A model generated the notes under the pieces. The model was not told where the DNA came from. It ran no database searches and saw only the letters and a list, made by a program, of their open reading frames with translations. The position numbers were made by a program, and so were the translations under genes. Below are positions 38,679-48,393 of a stretch of 64,000 nt of DNA, one piece after another (within the stretch, counting starts at the first letter, position 1; each line of letters starts with the position of its first letter). The stretch comes from an uncultured Bacteroidota bacterium (GTDB lineage Bacteria > Bacteroidota > Bacteroidia > Chitinophagales > Chitinophagaceae): the NCBI GenBank assembly GCA_902826165.1, contig CADEDV010000006.1, positions 10,270-74,269 on the forward strand. Direction: 5' to 3'.

Positions 38679-38804
38679 TGAAAATACCCAGAAAGTGGTA
38701 CGGTTGAAATTTCAGAAATTGAAAACGAGACACTATTTTTGATTCAGCAAATGAGATAATAACAAACTAATTATAAAATAGCTACTAATCAGAGCCTTAA
38801 CCTT

Positions 38805-38840
38805 AAGTCCCGATGTTTCTACACCGGGGCTTATTTTTTA
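38805..38840 (+). terminator. hairpin terminator after pepF-like gene
   Basis: Stem aagtcccg/cggggctt (one mismatch), 12-nt loop, followed by atttttta. Confidence 0.5.
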
Positions 38841-38849
38841 CACGAAGGT

Positions 38850-39266
38850 CTATTTACAATTCTTACAAATTCCTTCCGCCACTACTTCAATATGCGAAGA
38901 AGTATACCCCTTGGGTAATTTCAATTCAGGAGTAACCACATCATCCAGGCAGTATGTGATACTACATTTGGTACATACAAAATGAACATGATGATCATGA
39001 TGGTGGCCTTCTTTACAATCATCTTTACATAAAGCATAACGGATAGAATTATCAGCCGTAGGTATTGTATGGATGATCCCCTTCTCAACAAATGTCTGTA
39101 GCGTTCTGTAGACTGTAACCCGGTCAAATTTTTCCCCGGCTCTTTTTTCAATATCACCGTGTGCCAGGGCACCAGGTTGCTCCAGGAACAAGCCCAGTAT
39201 CTTTTCCCGGCTGCCGGTGATACTGAGACTATTGTTTTTCAATATTTCTTTTACATCCTTTACCAT
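38850..39266 (-). CDS. Fur-family metalloregulator
   Basis: Winged-helix segment (TVYRTLQTFVEKGI), His-rich metal site (EGHHHDHHVHFVC), and CxxC pairs (CTKC, CKNC). Confidence 0.85.
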   Translation of the reverse strand: MVKDVKEILKNNSLSITGSREKILGLFLEQPGALAHGDIEKRAGEKFDRVTVYRTLQTFVEKGIIHTIPTADNSIRYALCKDDCKEGHHHDHHVHFVCTKCSITYCLDDVVTPELKLPKGYTSSHIEVVAEGICKNCK

Positions 39267-39275
39267 AAAAAGTTT

Positions 39276-39869
39276 TTACTTTTTAAGTTGCCTTTTTATC
39301 TGCCTGATCAGTGCTTCCACTTCGCTATCCTTCAGGCCATCATATATTTTTTTCACTTTGCCTTGCTTATTAACCAATGCCCAGAATTGCGTATGTAAAA
39401 AATCATCCGCAACCGTCTTCAAATTATTCACAGGATCATCAATGGTGTAACTAACCCTGGCCATGTTATATAAACTATCTTTCCGGCCTGTCAGGAATAT
39501 CCATTGATTGGTGTTCACCTTCATCGAGTCCGCATATTTTTTTAATACAGGCACAGAATCAACTTCAGGCATGCAGGTATGCGAAAGGATCAGGAAATCT
39601 TTTTCGTCTTTGAATGCATCATACACTTTCCGCATATTACTGTTCATCTTTGGACAAATACCTTTGCAGGTGGTAAAAAAATACTCTGCCACATAAACCT
39701 TCCCTTCCACATCCTTATTGGTCACCATCTTGCCATCCTGGTTCAAAAAAGCAAACGGCATTACATCAGAAATCGTATCATTCCGGCTGATCCACGGACT
39801 TATCACCAGGTAAAAAATAATGATCAATCCCACAAAAAACGCTGTATAAAGGCCCTGCTTTTTAGTCAT
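39276..39869 (-). CDS. SCO1/SenC-family copper chaperone/thiol-disulfide oxidoreductase
   Basis: N-terminal TM anchor, CKGICP (CxxxC) motif and a downstream conserved His (ILSHT). Lies 9 nt upstream of the fur-like gene. Confidence 0.85.
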   Translation of the reverse strand: MTKKQGLYTAFFVGLIIIFYLVISPWISRNDTISDVMPFAFLNQDGKMVTNKDVEGKVYVAEYFFTTCKGICPKMNSNMRKVYDAFKDEKDFLILSHTCMPEVDSVPVLKKYADSMKVNTNQWIFLTGRKDSLYNMARVSYTIDDPVNNLKTVADDFLHTQFWALVNKQGKVKKIYDGLKDSEVEALIRQIKRQLKK

Positions 39870-39951
39870 AACAATAGAATGAGCTGCAAAGTTAACGAGC
39901 CTTCAATGATTTTACCGGTTTCAAAAAGACTTGATCAAAGATTTTGCAACT

Positions 39952-40374
39952 ATGTTGCTTTTTGTTATTTTTGCCCTCCTCATGAAATTAAAAATCAATT
40001 GGGATGCATTGGGTATTGGGGCCTCATTGGCTTGCGCCATTCACTGTGCCTTATTGCCCCTGTTCATGAGCAGCCTGCCCTTATTTGGTATTAATATAAT
40101 TGACAATCTCGCATTTGAGGCCGGGATGATCGTTCTGGCGTTCCTGATTGGCACCTATGCTCTCTTTCATGGTTTCCGGAAACATCATCATAGCTGGTTC
40201 CCCTTTTTACTATTTATAGCTGGTTTTGCCTGCCTGGTATTGAAACAGTTTTTTATCCATTATGCTACCTGGTTACTGATCCCCGCTGTAGTCTTTATTG
40301 TTGCCGCCCATCTGATCAACTACCGTTCCTGCCGAATTCATGACCATGCCCATGCGGATGATTGTAATCACTGA
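39952..40374 (+). CDS. MerC-like membrane protein
   Basis: About 140 aa with 4 TM helices. N-terminal LACAIHCALLPL motif as in MerC. C-terminal His/Cys-rich tail (CRIHDHAHADDCNH). Start is uncertain (39952 or 39982). Confidence 0.6.
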   Translation: MLLFVIFALLMKLKINWDALGIGASLACAIHCALLPLFMSSLPLFGINIIDNLAFEAGMIVLAFLIGTYALFHGFRKHHHSWFPFLLFIAGFACLVLKQFFIHYATWLLIPAVVFIVAAHLINYRSCRIHDHAHADDCNH

Positions 40375-40412
40375 TCCTTTTCTTTTGCTAACTTGACCAT
40401 TAAATTGATTGT

Positions 40413-40835
40413 ATGAAATCAACTTTTCTTGCTATCCTGCTTGCCTTTTCGCTTGTAAGTGCTGCACAATCTACAGATGAAAAGGCTATACGGAATTTAT
40501 TGGCTGAACAAACAGCAGCCTGGAACCGCGGCGATATTGAAAGTTTTATGACCGGCTATTGGAAAAATGATTCGCTGATGTTTATTGGTAAAAGCGGCGT
40601 CACGTATGGCTGGACCAATACACTGAATAACTATAAAAAAGGGTATCCCGATACAGCGGCTATGGGCCAACTCGCTTTCACCCTTATTAAAGTGGAAAAG
40701 ATTTCCCGGAAATATTTCCAGGTAGTGGGGAAATGGTTTTTAAAAAGAAGTATTGGTGATGTAGGTGGTCATTATACGTTATTACTCCGCAAAATAAACC
40801 GTAAATGGGTGATCGTAGCTGATCACAGCAGTTAA
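40413..40835 (+). CDS. secreted SnoaL/DUF4440-like (NTF2-fold) protein
   Basis: Signal peptide, then IRNLLAEQTAAWNRGDIESFM and the C-terminal W.IVADHSS pattern. Confidence 0.65.
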   Translation: MKSTFLAILLAFSLVSAAQSTDEKAIRNLLAEQTAAWNRGDIESFMTGYWKNDSLMFIGKSGVTYGWTNTLNNYKKGYPDTAAMGQLAFTLIKVEKISRKYFQVVGKWFLKRSIGDVGGHYTLLLRKINRKWVIVADHSS

Positions 40836-41239
40836 CCGGCCTGTTGTAACTCTCTTTGCTGTAATTTTTCAAAAACAAAATGGGATACCACCAATCCTAT
40901 CGACGAGAAAATGATATCATTATAGTCAAATGTTCTTCCGAAAAAGGGTATCCGTTGCAAGTACTCATTCACGATCAGCATCCCGAACCCCATCAGACAA
41001 ACCAGCCGCAGATCATAGGATGATTGTATCCTGAATATTCTAGCTACCAGGAAATTTCTTCCGCTGAAGAACCAGTAAGCCCCAAAAGGAATTAGGAATG
41101 AACCTAGCAGGTTCGGAGCAATACCGAGAAAAAACTTCCCTTCATCCCACAGGTGCAGGGGACGAATGAGAAACTTGATTGCCCAGATGATCAAAGCACC
41201 AATTATTACAAAGTTCCGGCTGGTTTGTTTCAGGTACAT
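40832..41239 (-). CDS. 4-TM membrane protein of unknown function
   Basis: 135 aa and hydrophobic. Has a 4-nt convergent overlap with the preceding gene. No motif recognised. Confidence 0.45.
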   Translation of the reverse strand: MYLKQTSRNFVIIGALIIWAIKFLIRPLHLWDEGKFFLGIAPNLLGSFLIPFGAYWFFSGRNFLVARIFRIQSSYDLRLVCLMGFGMLIVNEYLQRIPFFGRTFDYNDIIFSSIGLVVSHFVFEKLQQRELQQAG

Positions 41240-41335
41240 GCTGATTGATAATAAGTTCCTAAAATACAGATTTTTGTCCTTGACATTATCCGTACTGAAA
41301 GGTATTTTATGTTTTACGAAACAGGGAGTTAAAAG

Positions 41336-41560
41336 TTACTTATTCCAGGTACGATAGAGATAAACCACAAGCCAGGCAAAGCTGCCTGTTAAAACAATGT
41401 AGAAAATGATAGTGTAGATAACAGGTTTTCCATTACTAAAAGCCAGTCCGAAATACAAGCCGGCCGTAGCCATGATCATCAGCCACAAGAGGGTTATTGA
41501 AATAGAATTCATGATCTTCTTGAAAAAACTTTTGATTTCCGGGTCCCAGCCTTGTTCCAT
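41336..41560 (-). CDS. small 2-TM membrane protein
   Basis: About 74 aa from ATG 41560 (MEQGWDPEIKSFF), with two hydrophobic helices. Lies downstream of the GH25 gene. Confidence 0.4.
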   Translation of the reverse strand: MEQGWDPEIKSFFKKIMNSISITLLWLMIMATAGLYFGLAFSNGKPVIYTIIFYIVLTGSFAWLVVYLYRTWNK

Positions 41561-41620
41561 GCGGTCGGTTTTAGTAAAAACCAAGTTACAGTAATTCAAC
41601 AAGGCCGGTGAGGTAAAGTT

Positions 41621-42391
41621 CTATTTGATCAGCAGATTTCTAAATTCCACCGAGTCTCCGCTAAAAACATTGAAGTCAACCTTGGAGGTAATACCATTTA
41701 CATTGCCTGCATCATTGTGCTGCCAGAAAGCCCAGCCCCGGTTGATACGGGGTTGCTGTTCCTGGTAATAGTGTGCCACCCATAGCGGGTAACTGTCAAA
41801 ATCACTGCCGAGATTTCGTTTGTAAAAATCCACATTGGTATAAATGACAGGCTTAACGCCATAATAATTTTCTACTACGGTCAGCCATTCGATCAATTCC
41901 TTTTTGAGTTGTGCGGGAGATGTCCCGTTGAGTTGCTCAATATCCAGTACCGGAGGCAGGTCGCCGGGTTCCAGCTCCACTTTATCAATAAAATTCTCCG
42001 CCTGCAGCTTTCCATCTTTAGAAGGAATAAAAAAATGATAGGCCCCCCGTATAATATCATTGGCCCTTGCCTTTTTCCAATTCCTTTTGAATTGCGGGTC
42101 AGTATTTCCAATCCCTTCGGTTGCTTTGATGAAAGCAAACCCGAGTTGAATATCCTCCACTTTCATTGCTTTCACTTCTTCCCAGGCGATCATGTGCTGG
42201 TAACGGGAAACGTCAATGCCATGGATAGCATAGGTAGTAGGAATAGCTATTCCGAATTCGGGATAGCGGGTAAATTTTGCTTTACGATAGTTAAGCCATT
42301 GGAAAAACATCCAGGACCCTGCTGCCATACCACACAAAATGAGCAGAACCAATATGAATCGGGTGAGTTTTTTCTTCTGTCGGGCAGTCAT
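41621..42391 (-). CDS. membrane-anchored GH25 lysozyme (muramidase)
   Basis: N-terminal TM anchor, then GIDVSRYQ, FAFIKATEG and YHFF motifs of glycoside hydrolase family 25. Confidence 0.85.
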   Translation of the reverse strand: MTARQKKKLTRFILVLLILCGMAAGSWMFFQWLNYRKAKFTRYPEFGIAIPTTYAIHGIDVSRYQHMIAWEEVKAMKVEDIQLGFAFIKATEGIGNTDPQFKRNWKKARANDIIRGAYHFFIPSKDGKLQAENFIDKVELEPGDLPPVLDIEQLNGTSPAQLKKELIEWLTVVENYYGVKPVIYTNVDFYKRNLGSDFDSYPLWVAHYYQEQQPRINRGWAFWQHNDAGNVNGITSKVDFNVFSGDSVEFRNLLIK

Positions 42392-42485
42392 GAAAGGGGC
42401 TTGCAGCTATTTTTATTATTGGCAACAAATATAAACCGCCGCAAACTGGAAAACGGTTAATTCATAATAATTAAAGCTTGCTGTT

Positions 42486-43280
42486 TTATTCTATCACATC
42501 CTGTAATAACAAGGCCGTACAGGCGTTGGCTAATAAAAACCTTTCTTCGGCTGAACTCTTTCCTAAAAAAACCATTCCCCTGTTGATAAATGAAACAGCC
42601 GCCACAGATCTCCCTTGCGCATCCCGGAACTCAAAACCAATAGAGCCAGCCAGTATGTTACCCGGCTTCCCCTTTATTTCCATTTTTGTTACCGGAACGA
42701 TTGAATAATACTCCGTCCTGCTTTTGGCCAGGTAACCGACATATTCTTTAGGCCTGGCTTGCGAAAGCTGGTTATCAATCACCATTTCCCAGGGACGGGC
42801 ATCCTTATCTGATGTGAATATTTGCACATAATAGTTATTGGAAGACGCACTTCCGATACCCAGGATATCTAACCCGATATTCAGCAGGCTGTTGGGATTC
42901 TTGCCAATCTCCAGTGCTTTAGCATTGAATCTTGAAACGCAATACACTTCTGACAGGTTCTTAGTATCTGCCAGGTTAAAACGGATTGTTTGTTTTCGGT
43001 TGATATATTCGGTCGAAATAATATTGACCCATTCCTGTTGTGTCGTACCTCCATATCCAATTCCGTTCCGGTACGAACTGCCCTTTGTTCAGGAACGTTT
43101 GATCTGCGTGGTGGCATATTCGCCAAAACTCATTTTTTGTTTAATGCGGGTTCCGTCTTTTCCTTTGACGATATATTCATCATGGTTGGTTTTCAGCTCA
43201 TCACTGACAACCATTTTACCCGGTGCACAACTGCTGATTAAAATTATTACGATCAAAAAGATGGAGGAGAAACTCTTCAT
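42486..43280 (-). pseudogene. lipoprotein gene interrupted by one in-frame TGA (43089-43091)
   Basis: ORFs 43089-43280 (lipobox ILISSC) and 42486-42947 are in the same frame. My translation of the 47 intervening codons shows no other stop, which gives a 264-codon frame with a single TGA. Confidence 0.55.
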
Positions 43281-43547
43281 AAACTGTTTTTACTAATGAC
43301 AACAAAGATGCGGCTTGATCCTGTTAAGATTTATTAACAATGCTGTCATTCATCATATTGATGACATGAACTGTGTAAAACCGGCGACAAAACGACCAAC
43401 CGGATCTATTGAGTGACCAACTCATTTTATCTGCGGGTTGGACTTGTCTGCCTTGTATAAGCTGTAGTTTATCCAAAAGCAAAATTTTTCTTTCTGGTGT
43501 ACAATAGTTTTAGCAAATACTTTTTAATAACAGTTAAACTTTTAACT

Positions 43548-43892
43548 ATGAAGCAGTATTTCAAAACAATGATGGCAGTCGTAGTACTGGCCTTTATTTC
43601 ATTTTCGGCTTTCGCACAGGATGAACAGCCTGTTATCCCCAAATGGGTGTCTGATAAAGGCTATTGGGTCATTGAAAGCAATATCAAAGAACCGCTCAAT
43701 CATGTTATCCGGTTTTATAATAACGATAACGTATTACTATACAAAGAAGCTGTTAACGGCGTTAAACTGAATCCCGAAAAAAGAGCAATCAGGATGAAGC
43801 TAAAAAAAGTGCTGGAAGCGTCTGTTGTTGCCTGGGAGCAGAAAAAAGTAACGGAAGAGAATAAAAATTACGTTGCAGCTATCCTGAAATAA
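43548..43892 (+). CDS. small secreted hypothetical protein
   Basis: Signal peptide MKQYFKTMMAVVVLAFISFSAFA from ATG 43548. Followed by a hairpin. Lies upstream of the second LytS/LytTR pair. Confidence 0.5.
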   Translation: MKQYFKTMMAVVVLAFISFSAFAQDEQPVIPKWVSDKGYWVIESNIKEPLNHVIRFYNNDNVLLYKEAVNGVKLNPEKRAIRMKLKKVLEASVVAWEQKKVTEENKNYVAAILK

Positions 43893-43915
43893 GCATAAGG
43901 ATCAGTTTTCAAAGC

Positions 43916-43950
43916 AACCCTGCAGCAATTTGGCTGCGGGGTTCTTTCGC
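43916..43950 (+). terminator. hairpin terminator
   Basis: Stem aaccctgcagc/gctgcggggtt (one mismatch), loop aatttg. The T-tract is weak. Confidence 0.45.
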
Positions 43951-44047
43951 TAAAAACCGTTTGTCGCCTAAAAATGACCGTATGACGATATTACAAAACC
44001 ACCGTATACAAAAGGAGCCGGGGCTTCGTAATTTTATAACTGTTCAC

Positions 44048-45193
44048 ATGCAGCAGTATCCCTTCATATTCTCCGATGAAAGAAAATATCGCATCAGACG
44101 CCACCTTTATTTCTGGTTGTTCTGGTGGGTCTTTTTCAGTTTATTGTATGCCTATACTGCCGGGCTGAACTTGTTGCCCGATTCCCGCCGGTTGCCGGTA
44201 TCCACTGTTAACTCGATCTTTTTCATGGCACCTCATATGTTTTTGTCGTATTCACTGATGTACTTCGTGGTTCCGCAGTTTATACTTAAAGGAAAATATA
44301 AGTCGGGTGCTGCCCTTGTACTCCTGCTTTTTTTCGTTACTGCTTGCTTCTCCGCTGTGGTGGGAATGTATTTTCTTCCCGGGATCAGGGCCTGGCTTTT
44401 CCCCTATAATACTTCACACCCGGACAATGCCACTTTTTTCCTTTCATTGCTCGGCGGATTGCGGGGTGCTATCACCATCGGGGGACTGGCTGCATCCATC
44501 AAACTGATGAAATACTGGTATGTAAAAGAGCAACGAAACCTGCAATTACAAAAAGAGAATGTGGAAGCCCAGTTACAATTACTCAAAGCCCAGGTGCATC
44601 CACATTTTTTATTCAATACTTTAAATAATATCTATTCGTACACACAGAACACCGCCCCGGTGGCCGCTAAAATGGTAACAGGGTTATCGGACCTGCTCCG
44701 CTTCATGCTGTATGAATGTAACCAGCCGCTGGTTCCTTTGGCCAAAGAGTTAAAAATGATACAGGATTATATCAGCCTCGAAAAAATCCGGTATGGCAAC
44801 AAACTGGAGTTACATCTCGATCTGCCTGACGACACAAACGATACTCATATTGCACCATTACTGCTGCTACCCTTGGTAGAAAACTGTTTTAAACATGGCA
44901 CCAGTAATATGATTGAGCAGCCCTGGGTGAATTTACAAATTAGCCTCCGGGGAACACAGATGCAGATGAAGCTGATGAACGGAAAAACAAATCAGGCATC
45001 AAAAGAAACAGCCAGTACCGGAATAGGAATAAAAAATGTAGAAAAAAGGTTAGCATTGCTGTATCCCGGCAAGCATGAATTGAATATCCTGAATGAACAA
45101 GATGTCTTTATTATTAACCTGAAAGTGGAACTGGAATATCAAAAAAGTAGCTCCCCCATAAATACAACCAAACAGGAAATGGCGCATGCCTGA
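44048..45193 (+). CDS. LytS/YehU-type sensor histidine kinase (second copy)
   Basis: Multi-TM N-domain, H-box LKAQVHPHFLFNTLNNI, N-box ENCFKHG and G-box GIGIKNV. Start is uncertain (43982 or 44048). Confidence 0.8.
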   Translation: MQQYPFIFSDERKYRIRRHLYFWLFWWVFFSLLYAYTAGLNLLPDSRRLPVSTVNSIFFMAPHMFLSYSLMYFVVPQFILKGKYKSGAALVLLLFFVTACFSAVVGMYFLPGIRAWLFPYNTSHPDNATFFLSLLGGLRGAITIGGLAASIKLMKYWYVKEQRNLQLQKENVEAQLQLLKAQVHPHFLFNTLNNIYSYTQNTAPVAAKMVTGLSDLLRFMLYECNQPLVPLAKELKMIQDYISLEKIRYGNKLELHLDLPDDTNDTHIAPLLLLPLVENCFKHGTSNMIEQPWVNLQISLRGTQMQMKLMNGKTNQASKETASTGIGIKNVEKRLALLYPGKHELNILNEQDVFIINLKVELEYQKSSSPINTTKQEMAHA

Positions 45194-45902
45194 TTCAATG
45201 ATCATAAAATGCCTGGTAGTCGACGATGAGCCTCCTGCAAGGGAGATCATCCGCCGCTACATTGAACAAATGCCCACACTGGAGCTGGTGGCAGAGTGTG
45301 CCAATGCCATCCAGGCTTTTACTGTTTTACAACAACAACCTGTTGATCTTATGTTTTTAGATATCAGGATGCCGCAGTTAAATGGGAATGATTTTTTGAA
45401 AACACTGAAAAATCCGCCGAAAGTAATTTTCACCACCGCCTATACCGAATATGCGTTAGAGGGCTATGAATTGGATGTGGTGGATTACCTGATGAAGCCT
45501 ATTCCCTTTGACCGGTTTTTAAAAGCAGTGAATAAAGCATTTCAACATACTGCTGCAAAACAAGAAGGGTTACAGGTAAATGAAGAAAAAAAATCCGAAT
45601 CCTTTGTGTATTTCCGGGCCGACCGGAAGATGGTGAAAGTAATGCTGCAGGATATTCTTTATATCGAAAGCATGAAGGATTATATAAAAGTAATGACGGC
45701 TGCAGGGACCATCATTACCAAACAATCTATCAGCTCGGTGGAAGCTATGTTACCGGAAAAAGATTTTGTAAGGGTGCACCGCTCGTACATCGTTTCCCTG
45801 GATAAAATAAAAACCTTCACTTCCGAACTGATTGAAATAGAGAAAGCTGAGATCCCGATTGGGAAATTATACCGGAATGCTGTACTGAAAATGCTTGGAT
45901 AG
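45186..45902 (+). CDS. LytTR-family response regulator (second copy)
   Basis: Receiver domain (CLVVDDE, LMFLDIRMP, YLMKP) plus LytTR domain (FVRVHRSYIVSL). Its start overlaps the kinase stop by 8 nt. Confidence 0.9.
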   Translation: MPDSMIIKCLVVDDEPPAREIIRRYIEQMPTLELVAECANAIQAFTVLQQQPVDLMFLDIRMPQLNGNDFLKTLKNPPKVIFTTAYTEYALEGYELDVVDYLMKPIPFDRFLKAVNKAFQHTAAKQEGLQVNEEKKSESFVYFRADRKMVKVMLQDILYIESMKDYIKVMTAAGTIITKQSISSVEAMLPEKDFVRVHRSYIVSLDKIKTFTSELIEIEKAEIPIGKLYRNAVLKMLG

Positions 45903-45904
45903 TT

Positions 45905-48268
45905 TTATTCCAATATCCGCAGCTTCGCATAGTTCAGCATGATCTTCTTCTCCCCATTATGCTCAAATTTTACAGTGGCAATTGGGTTATGTGCCGCCCC
46001 TTCCATCTTTAATACTTCTCCAAAGCCAAATTTCTGGTGTTCCACTTTTTGGCCTGCCTGGAGATTAGAGGTATCACTGGCAACAAAATCAGCAGAAGGT
46101 TTATGCTCGACTACTTTGGCATAGGTTGTTTTAGGCGGCAGGTAAGACGGGGTTTCTTTTTTAGCCGACGGTCTTTCATTGAAATAAGTTCCGGATTGTT
46201 TGCTTACGGCTCCAGATTCGCCATCATCTGTTCCTTTCATGCGGTTAAAGGCCGAACCTTTGCTCCAGTTACTGCCTCCCTGGTTCTTGGACCCGCCGCC
46301 GGCAAAACTCCGGTCCAGCTGATCCTGCGGCAACTCTTCAATAAAGCGGCTGGCTTCATTCTGTATCAGCGACCCAAAACGATACCTTGTATTCGCATAG
46401 GTCAGCCATAAACGGCTCTTTGCTCTTGTAATGGCAACGTAGAATAATCTTCTTTCTTCTTCCAGTTCTTCTCTTGTATTAATGCTCATCCCGCTTGGAA
46501 AAAGCATTTCCTCCAGGCCGGCTACAAAAACACATTCAAACTCCAATCCTTTAGCGGCATGTACCGTCATCAGTTTCACCACATCTGCATTAGGATCTTT
46601 CTCATCCGCATCTGTCAGCAAAGTGATCTGTTGCAAATAGGCAGCCAGACTTTTATCGCCGACTTCTCCATCTTCTTCGTTCATCGGTGTCTCGATCCAT
46701 TCTTTAATAGAGTTAAGCAACTCCTGGATATTCTCATATCTCGCAACACCTTCTGTCGATTTATCGTTGAACAGCTCTTTTACAATATTGGTTTGCTTAC
46801 CTACATGAAAAGCCAGTTCATAAGCATTATTTTTCTCCAGCATACTCTGGAAACTGCGGATCATCAGTACAAAATTCTCAATCGCTTCAAGAGTACCTGC
46901 CCTGAAGCCTGCCTGCTGCGCCTGTTCCAATGCCGCCCACATCGGAATATTATTCGTGTTGGCATATAATACCAGCTTATCAATGGTTGTCTTCCCTATT
47001 CCTCTTGCCGGAAAATTGATGATCCGCTTTAATGCTTCCTCATCATTGGGATTGACCACCATTCGCAGGTAGCCGATAAAATCTTTGATCTCTTTACGCT
47101 GGTAAAAGCTGATACCGCCATAAATAATATAGGCAATACCCATGCGGCGCAAACTTTCCTCAAAAGCCCGGCTTTGTGCATTCGTGCGGTAGAGAATAGC
47201 AAATTCCTTGTTGGCATAATGATTCCGGAGTTTTTGTTCCTGTATAGAGTCGGCAACAAATTTTCCTTCCTCATTATCCGTCATGGTACGGATGAGTTTG
47301 ATCTTTTCACCAGTGCTGTTATCTGTCCACAGTGATTTTGGTATCTGCCCTTTATTATTCTTGATGATCTCGTTGGCAACATTCAAGATGGTTTGTGTGC
47401 TGCGGTAATTTTGTTCCAGTTTGATCACCGCCACATCATCATAATCTTTCTGGAATTGCAAAATATTCTGGATCGTGGCACCGCGAAAACTATAGATACT
47501 CTGTGCATCATCACCCACCACGCAAATGTTCTCATGCTGGGCGGCCAGTAATTTCATGATCTCGTACTGGGCCGGGTTGGTATCCTGATACTCATCGATC
47601 AGGATATAGCGGAACTTGGATTGATAATTCACCAGTGCTTCCGGGTGTTCTTTCAATAATCGGTACATCTGATACAGCAGGTCATCAAAATCCATGGCCC
47701 CGTTCTTGAAACAACGCTTATAATAAGCATCATAAATAGTGGCAATAGCAGGGCGGTTGGCCCGCATATCTTCCTGCTGGATATGATAATCATTTCTGTA
47801 TTCATCGGGCCCCACCAGTGCATTCTTTGCTGATGAGATCCTGTTGTAAACAGTATTGGGTTTGTAATGTTTATCATCCAGGTCCAGCTCATTGATCACT
47901 GTTTTCACCACACTCTTGGCATCGTCCGTATCATAGATCGTAAAACTGTTGGGATAGCCGAGCCGGTGTGCTTCTTTTCGCAATATCCTGGCAAATACAC
48001 TGTGAAAAGTACCGATATACAAATTCCTTGCTTCGCTGTTGCCAAGTATATGCTCAATTCTTTCCTTCATTTCCTTCGCTGCCTTATTGGTAAAGGTCAG
48101 CGCCAGTATCCGGAATGCATCCACGCCCAGTCCCATCAGGTGGGCGATCCGGGTGGTAAGCACTTTTGTTTTCCCGCTGCCAGCCCCGGCCACGATCATC
48201 AACGGTCCTTCTGTATGTAATACGGCTTCTTTCTGCCGTTCATTCAATCCACTTAGATAATCTCTCAT
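45905..48268 (-). CDS. UvrD/PcrA-type ATP-dependent DNA helicase
   Basis: 787 aa. Motifs AGAGSGKT, TFTNKAA, DEYQDTN, GDDAQSIYSFRGA, YRSTQ and VHAAKGLEF, plus a C-terminal Tudor-like tail (GQKVEHQKFGFGEV). Confidence 0.95.
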   Translation of the reverse strand: MRDYLSGLNERQKEAVLHTEGPLMIVAGAGSGKTKVLTTRIAHLMGLGVDAFRILALTFTNKAAKEMKERIEHILGNSEARNLYIGTFHSVFARILRKEAHRLGYPNSFTIYDTDDAKSVVKTVINELDLDDKHYKPNTVYNRISSAKNALVGPDEYRNDYHIQQEDMRANRPAIATIYDAYYKRCFKNGAMDFDDLLYQMYRLLKEHPEALVNYQSKFRYILIDEYQDTNPAQYEIMKLLAAQHENICVVGDDAQSIYSFRGATIQNILQFQKDYDDVAVIKLEQNYRSTQTILNVANEIIKNNKGQIPKSLWTDNSTGEKIKLIRTMTDNEEGKFVADSIQEQKLRNHYANKEFAILYRTNAQSRAFEESLRRMGIAYIIYGGISFYQRKEIKDFIGYLRMVVNPNDEEALKRIINFPARGIGKTTIDKLVLYANTNNIPMWAALEQAQQAGFRAGTLEAIENFVLMIRSFQSMLEKNNAYELAFHVGKQTNIVKELFNDKSTEGVARYENIQELLNSIKEWIETPMNEEDGEVGDKSLAAYLQQITLLTDADEKDPNADVVKLMTVHAAKGLEFECVFVAGLEEMLFPSGMSINTREELEEERRLFYVAITRAKSRLWLTYANTRYRFGSLIQNEASRFIEELPQDQLDRSFAGGGSKNQGGSNWSKGSAFNRMKGTDDGESGAVSKQSGTYFNERPSAKKETPSYLPPKTTYAKVVEHKPSADFVASDTSNLQAGQKVEHQKFGFGEVLKMEGAAHNPIATVKFEHNGEKKIMLNYAKLRILE

Positions 48269-48393
48269 AATAATATTTTAACCCTGCAGCAACACAAGGG
48301 TTACGCATGCTGCGAAATTACAGTTTGTGAAGATGATAATTTTTTGAAGTTGAAGCTTGCCGGAAGTTTTTATACACAGGCGAAAGGGAGAAC

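Noticed and set aside
41336-42391. GH25 lysozyme plus a downstream small 2-TM protein as a phage holin-endolysin cassette
   Set aside because: There are no other phage genes, integrase or att-like repeats nearby. Membrane-anchored GH25 enzymes are common chromosomal genes in Bacteroidota.
43089-43091. Selenocysteine or genetic-code recoding at the in-frame TGA of the split lipoprotein gene
   Set aside because: Many genes in the window terminate with TGA, so there is no global reassignment. The context (KRS-TGA-TKGSS) has no redox Cys partner. Only a weak 4-5 bp hairpin lies downstream, not a SECIS-like structure.
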